A stretch of 64,000 bases of DNA. It comes from Candidatus Limnocylindria bacterium (GTDB lineage: Bacteria; Chloroflexota; Limnocylindria; QHBO01). The number at the start of each line of letters is the position of its first letter. Position 1 is the first letter of the stretch. A program made the translations under genes and the position numbers. The stretch is from the NCBI GenBank assembly GCA_038233215.1, contig JBBSML010000007.1:21002-85001 (forward strand), written 5' to 3'. Under the pieces are notes generated by a model. That model saw only the letters and a program-made list of their open reading frames with translations. It was not told the origin of the DNA and ran no database searches. Below, in pieces: positions 59,559-64,000 of this stretch.

Positions 59559-60430
59559 GCGGATATCACGGTGCCCCTGCGTCGAACGCGCGTGAGGCCG
59601 CGGACTGGTCAACGGGACGCGTCATCCAGACGAATCTTCGTGCGGTGCTGGGCCGCGCGTATCCCAGGGTCATCGGCCTGACCCGCGAACCGTCGTGGCT
59701 CTTCTTCGAGATCTTTTTGCCGTTCCTTGCCGTCAGCGCTTTCGTCTTCGTGTACCGCGCACTCGAGGCGCCGGAAGCGTTCATCGGCTTCGTCGTCCTC
59801 GGTGGCGCCATGACCTCGTTCTGGCTCAACGTCGTCTGGATGATGGCGGCGCAGTTCTACTGGGAGAAGGACCAGGGCAACCTGGAGCTCTACTTCACGG
59901 CGCCGATGCACCTGATGAGCGTCCTGGCCGGCATGGCCATCGGCGGGCTGGTCATGACGAGCTCGCGAGCGGTGGCCGTCATCGGCATCGGGTCATTGCT
60001 GTACGGCGTGACCTATGACATCCAGCAGCCATTCCTGCTGGCAGGCGTCTTTCTCTTGACCATGATTCCGCTGTACGGCATGGGGATGCTCTTCGCGTCC
60101 CTCTTCCTGCTCTGGGGCCGCGAGGCCTTCCACCTCGCCCAGCTTCTCCAGGAGCCGATCTACTTCCTGGGCGGCGTGAACTTTCCACTGCGCGCCATCG
60201 GTCCCATTGCCGGCGTGGTCATTGCCACGCTGCCGCTCGGGGTCGGACTCGACGCGATGCGTCAGTTGGCGTTCGCCGGCAGCGGCGTGGAAGGCGTTCT
60301 GCCGGTCGGGGCCGAGATCCTCATTCTCATCGCGATGGGCGTCGTGTTCCTCGTCTCGGCGCGACTCGCGCTCGGATACCTCGAGTTTCTCGCCAGGCGC
60401 GAAGGCCGGCTGACCCTGCGATGGCAGTAA
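59555..60430 (+). CDS. ABC-2 type transporter permease
   Basis: Six-TM ABC-2 permease topology, ATGA overlap with the ATPase gene. Confidence 0.65.
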   Translation: MSGYHGAPASNAREAADWSTGRVIQTNLRAVLGRAYPRVIGLTREPSWLFFEIFLPFLAVSAFVFVYRALEAPEAFIGFVVLGGAMTSFWLNVVWMMAAQFYWEKDQGNLELYFTAPMHLMSVLAGMAIGGLVMTSSRAVAVIGIGSLLYGVTYDIQQPFLLAGVFLLTMIPLYGMGMLFASLFLLWGREAFHLAQLLQEPIYFLGGVNFPLRAIGPIAGVVIATLPLGVGLDAMRQLAFAGSGVEGVLPVGAEILILIAMGVVFLVSARLALGYLEFLARREGRLTLRWQ

Positions 60431-61293
60431 CCGACCGGACCGCCCCGGTCCGCGGCTTGACCCTGGAGGATGCGTGGCGCAGCTTCCGCACCGCCATCGG
60501 CCTGGGCTGGGCGATCGAGTCGAACTGGTCCGATCCGTTCCTCTTCGCGATCTACACCATGGCCAAGCCGCTCGCCGCGGCCGGCATCCTGGTCGTCATG
60601 TTCCAGGTCATCACCCAGGGCCAGAACACCGAGTTTCTCCAGTTCCTCATCGTGGGAAGCGCCCTCTGGAACGTCGTCTTCGGCGTGATGAGCGGGCTGG
60701 TGCAATCGATCCTCGAGGATCGAGAACGCTACCGGATGATCAAGTACGTCGTGGTCACTCCCACGTCGCTCTTCCCGTTCCTTCTCGGTCGATCGCTCGC
60801 GCGTGTGGTCGTGTCGTTCGTGGCGGTCATCCTGACGATGCTTGTGGGGATCGTGTTCCTGAACGTGCAGCTCCAACCGAACCTGCTGTACCTCGTTCCG
60901 GCCACGGTGCTCGGCGTCATGGCCGTCATGGCACTCGGCGTGTTCATGGCCGGCTGGTGCCTGCAGCTGCGACAGGAGGCCTGGTCCTACCCGGAGGCCA
61001 TCGCCGGCGCGCTGTACCTGATCTCCGGCGCGATCTTCCCGATCGACATCCTGCCCGCTTTCCTTCACCCGCTCGCCTATGCCTCCCCGACCACGTGGTG
61101 GCTCGAGGCGTCGCGCCGCGGTCTGCTGGGGCACGGCTCGCCCGGCACGCTGGGCGACCTCTCGGATGGAACGGTCATGCTGCTGCTGGCCCTTTCGACC
61201 GCGATCGTGATTCCGTTAGCGCTGGCCGCCTTCGCCTGGTTCATGCGACGTGCCCGACAGGCCGGGCTGCTCGACATGACCACGGGGAGCTGA
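60421..61293 (+). CDS. ABC-2 type transporter permease (second copy)
   Basis: Paralogous six-TM permease overlapping the previous gene. Confidence 0.65.
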   Translation: MAVTDRTAPVRGLTLEDAWRSFRTAIGLGWAIESNWSDPFLFAIYTMAKPLAAAGILVVMFQVITQGQNTEFLQFLIVGSALWNVVFGVMSGLVQSILEDRERYRMIKYVVVTPTSLFPFLLGRSLARVVVSFVAVILTMLVGIVFLNVQLQPNLLYLVPATVLGVMAVMALGVFMAGWCLQLRQEAWSYPEAIAGALYLISGAIFPIDILPAFLHPLAYASPTTWWLEASRRGLLGHGSPGTLGDLSDGTVMLLLALSTAIVIPLALAAFAWFMRRARQAGLLDMTTGS

Positions 61294-61300
61294 GCCCCGG

Positions 61301-61813
61301 CTACCGCACGAGCTCGTCGTAGTCGTTGACGACAAGGGTGCTTCGACAGCGCTCGACGCGCTCCGGGACGCAGGCCGTGGCCGCCTTATCATCGAGGTGC
61401 CCCTCGAAGACGAGCTGCTGGATGCGCAGGTTCGGCCCGGCAGGATCGGCCCGGGAAGGGAACGCGTTGCCGAGCGGGGCGGCAAGCCGCAGCCCATCAC
61501 GGATCAGCTCTTTCTGACTCACATCATCGGCCGGCTGATGGGGCAGAAGGACGCGCAGCGGGCAGTCGCGCTGCAGCCAGGCGACGGTCGCATCGGCTCC
61601 CCCGTCGTCACCCGTGCAGTCGGCATCCAGCTCGGCATACCAGCCGGTCACAAAGACCTCGTCGCTCCCCCACTCGCCGGCCAGCGCTTCCTCGACGGTG
61701 AGCGGATCGACCTCCGGCCGCGTCCCGCCCAGCGACCCGATGACGAGCATGAAGAAGACGAACGCGCCAAGCGCCGCAACGACTCCTGCGCCGATTCGGA
61801 CCTCGCGAGTCAT
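61301..61813 (-). CDS. Hypothetical membrane-anchored protein
   Basis: N-terminal TM helix (AGVVAALGAFVFFMLVIGSL), then a soluble Cys-containing domain; no family recognized. Confidence 0.4.
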   Translation of the reverse strand: MTREVRIGAGVVAALGAFVFFMLVIGSLGGTRPEVDPLTVEEALAGEWGSDEVFVTGWYAELDADCTGDDGGADATVAWLQRDCPLRVLLPHQPADDVSQKELIRDGLRLAAPLGNAFPSRADPAGPNLRIQQLVFEGHLDDKAATACVPERVERCRSTLVVNDYDELVR

Positions 61814-62478
61814 GATCCGAGCGATTCCCACCGGTCGCGCAGGACTTCCATCGCCCGTCGCCAGAGCTCGACCCGGGCCGGGTCGTTCAGCCAGGTGGAA
61901 GCACCCGACGGGTGCGGCAGGCACAGGACCGATGCGTCCGGCGCATCATCCCAGGCAAGCTCGCGACCAACCAGCTCATCCAGCTTCACTTGAGCCCCGA
62001 ACGCCAGGCGATGCGCCATGCCACCGACCAGCAGCACGAGCGCCGGTCGGACGAGGCGCAGCTCCTCGCGCAGGAAGGGCGCCCAGCGAGCGATTTCGGC
62101 ACGCGACGGCGGCAGGTCGACCGAAGCGCCCGCGGCGCGCCCGGGATAGCACTTGGCGATGCTGGTCACGTACCAGCGCTCACGGAAATCCTCGATGGTG
62201 ATACCGGCGGCGGCCAACCAGCCGCACAGGCGCTTCCCCGCGTCCCAGGCGAATGGGAGTCCGGTCTCGATCTCGCGCCAGCCCGGTGCCTGGCCGACGA
62301 GTATCGCCCGCTCCCGACCGTCGCCCGAGAGCACCGGCTTCGCTCCGCTGCCACAGCCAGGCATCGTGTCCTGGAGCGCGCGCAGGTCCGTTCCGGCCGC
62401 AGCGCGACGCGGCGTCGGGGTGGGCCAGTTGCCGACGTGCCGGAGGCGCCTCGGTTCCGCCGTCGCAAGGTCGATCAC
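61810..62478 (-). CDS. Uracil-DNA glycosylase, family 4/5-type (UDG superfamily)
   Basis: ILVGQAPGWREIETGLPFAWDAGKRL (family-4 GxAPGxxExxxGxPFxGxAG motif) and C-terminal HPSG. Confidence 0.65.
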   Translation of the reverse strand: MIDLATAEPRRLRHVGNWPTPTPRRAAAGTDLRALQDTMPGCGSGAKPVLSGDGRERAILVGQAPGWREIETGLPFAWDAGKRLCGWLAAAGITIEDFRERWYVTSIAKCYPGRAAGASVDLPPSRAEIARWAPFLREELRLVRPALVLLVGGMAHRLAFGAQVKLDELVGRELAWDDAPDASVLCLPHPSGASTWLNDPARVELWRRAMEVLRDRWESLGS

Positions 62479-63104
62479 ACGGAGGGGCGGAGGGCCTCGG
62501 CCGCCCGGAGGTCATCGGCAATCGCGAGGCGCAACATGCGGCGCACGCCATCCTGGTACGGACCGGCAGCGCTGAGCGCATCGGTCAGGGCGTCCCGCGC
62601 CGCGTAGAGGCGGTCGATCGCATCGACCGTGAGCTCCGGCGCCCCACCGCCAAGGTCACGCACGAACGCCACGTCCTGCCGCTCAATTGCATCGAGCAGG
62701 TCGGCGGCGGCCGACGGATCTCCGCCATCGAGCGCATCGGCCAGCTCCTCGCGCGCCAGCTCCATCCAGCGCATCCAAGTGGCGAACTCGGCATCGCTCG
62801 GTGGCAGCTCATCCAGGGTGAAGGCAGCACGACCACCCTCGGGCGCGGCGGCTCGTTCCACCTCGTACCAGTTATCGCCCACGAAATCCGGCTGCGACTC
62901 GCCGCTGGCCCGCAGCCATGCGGTGAATCGGCTCACGCGTCGGGGCATGGTCGAGGTGGCCTCGTCGTCAGTCGGGGCGAAGACCGCACAACCAGGCAGC
63001 TCGGCGGCGTACGCGCCCACCTGTCCGCGACCGTCGATATCGGTCTCGACGAAGATCGCGTGCGGCATGGTGCCAGCCACTATGTCAGCCCCTGCTGGTG
63101 CCAT
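62475..63104 (-). CDS. Hypothetical protein with an N-terminal HicB-like (UPF0150) domain
   Basis: GAYAAELPGCAVFAPTDDEA matches the HicB/UPF0150 signature; the C-terminal half is uncharacterized and acidic. Confidence 0.4.
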   Translation of the reverse strand: MAPAGADIVAGTMPHAIFVETDIDGRGQVGAYAAELPGCAVFAPTDDEATSTMPRRVSRFTAWLRASGESQPDFVGDNWYEVERAAAPEGGRAAFTLDELPPSDAEFATWMRWMELAREELADALDGGDPSAAADLLDAIERQDVAFVRDLGGGAPELTVDAIDRLYAARDALTDALSAAGPYQDGVRRMLRLAIADDLRAAEALRPSV

Positions 63105-63138
63105 AGTATATATTGATATACTTCAGCGCTTTCGGCGC

Positions 63139-64000
63139 TCATGGTCGCCTCCGTTTCGGCGGACGGCGCCGTGATCCTGCGGCGATGACGTTCGGTTTGG
63201 TCTGCACGCTGAAGACCTGGGAGGCTCCGTCGCGAGCCCTGCGGCTCACCGGTTCATCGGCGCCCGCAGCCGCCGCGTAGACCTCGGCAGGGATACTGCC
63301 CGGCGCGGCCGCGAGCTCCTCACGCAGGCGACGCAGCTGAAGGATCTCGTCGCGCAGCGCGGCCGCACGTTCGAACTCGAGGTTGCGGGCAGCCTCCTTC
63401 ATCTGCGCCTCCAACCGACCGGTCATCGCAGCCAGCTCCGCCGGCTCCTTGCCGGCAACCTGCAGCTCGGCGCGGTCCTCAGCCACGCGGCGCAGGCTCT
63501 CGTGGATGCTGCGGATCTCCTTGATGATCGTCTCCGGCGTGATGCCATGCTCGACGTTGTACGCCACCTGCTTCTCACGGCGCCGATCGGTCTCGTCCAT
63601 CGCCTTGCGCATCGAGTCGGTGACGCGATCGGCGTACATGATCACCCGGCCGCCGATGTTGCGCGCGGCCCGCCCGATGACCTGGATCAATGAACCGCCG
63701 GAGCGCAGGAATCCCTCCTTGTCCGCGTCGAGGATGGCAACCAATGTGACCTCCGGAAGGTCGAGCCCCTCCCGCAGCAGGTTGATGCCGACGAGCACGT
63801 CGTAGACCCCGAGGCGAAGGTCACGCAGGATCTCGATCCGCTCGAGCGTGTCGACCTCGGAGTGCAGCCACTGCACCTTGATGCCGAGTTCCGAGAGATA
63901 GTCGGCCAGGTCTTCCGCCATCTTCTTGGTCAGCGTCGTCACCAGGGCGCGCTCTCCGCGCGCCACGGTGGCACGAATCTCGGCCAGCAGGTCGTCGATC
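63139..64000 (-). CDS. uvrB: Excinuclease ABC subunit B, C-terminal portion (truncated by the window end)
   Basis: Helicase C motifs ([26 protein letters not shown]) and the C-terminal UVR coiled-coil domain. Confidence 0.85.
   Translation of the reverse strand, partial: IDDLLAEIRATVARGERALVTTLTKKMAEDLADYLSELGIKVQWLHSEVDTLERIEILRDLRLGVYDVLVGINLLREGLDLPEVTLVAILDADKEGFLRSGGSLIQVIGRAARNIGGRVIMYADRVTDSMRKAMDETDRRREKQVAYNVEHGITPETIIKEIRSIHESLRRVAEDRAELQVAGKEPAELAAMTGRLEAQMKEAARNLEFERAAALRDEILQLRRLREELAAAPGSIPAEVYAAAAGADEPVSRRARDGASQVFSVQTKPNVIAAGSRRRPPKRRRP

Overview
This is a high-GC (~68-70%) bacterial chromosomal window with Gram-positive-like gene content (WhiA/YvcK/RapZ, a Cheo-type LexA box, a T-box on ileS). 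Genes are densely packed on the minus strand, often with 4-nt start/stop overlaps. The core backbone, mostly minus strand, includes rpe, rlmN, fmt, def, priA, gmk, rluD, lspA, ileS, ilvE, rpsF-ssb-rpsR, secG, gpmI, tpiA, whiA, yvcK, rapZ, tatCA, pyrF, recJ, secDF, uvrC, uvrA, a partial uvrB, and nine tRNAs. The main accessory feature is a ~12-kb integrative island (20837..32870) inserted into tRNA-Cys. It is bounded by 46-bp direct repeats and internal TTGCTACC arm-type repeats. Cargo includes a type III restriction-modification system (mod-res), a TetR regulator paired with a small alpha+beta protein, a DUF3631-like P-loop protein, a serine recombinase, an Xis-like HTH protein, a tyrosine integrase, and an unexplained 68-bp direct-repeat array next to an unannotated 56-aa ORF. 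Second-tier observations: a candidate T-box leader upstream of ileS; a predicted SOS box upstream of uvrA, with the NER genes clustered; a perfect 16-bp hairpin and an 11-C homopolymer in front of a small Cys-containing ORF plus an ABC-2 exporter operon; a YvcK with an N-terminal transmembrane extension; a repeat-bearing intergenic region between tRNA-Val and tRNA-Leu; and low-complexity repeat insertions in SecF and Rpe. No CRISPR array or rRNA was found. All functional calls rest on motif recognition by eye and were not checked against databases.
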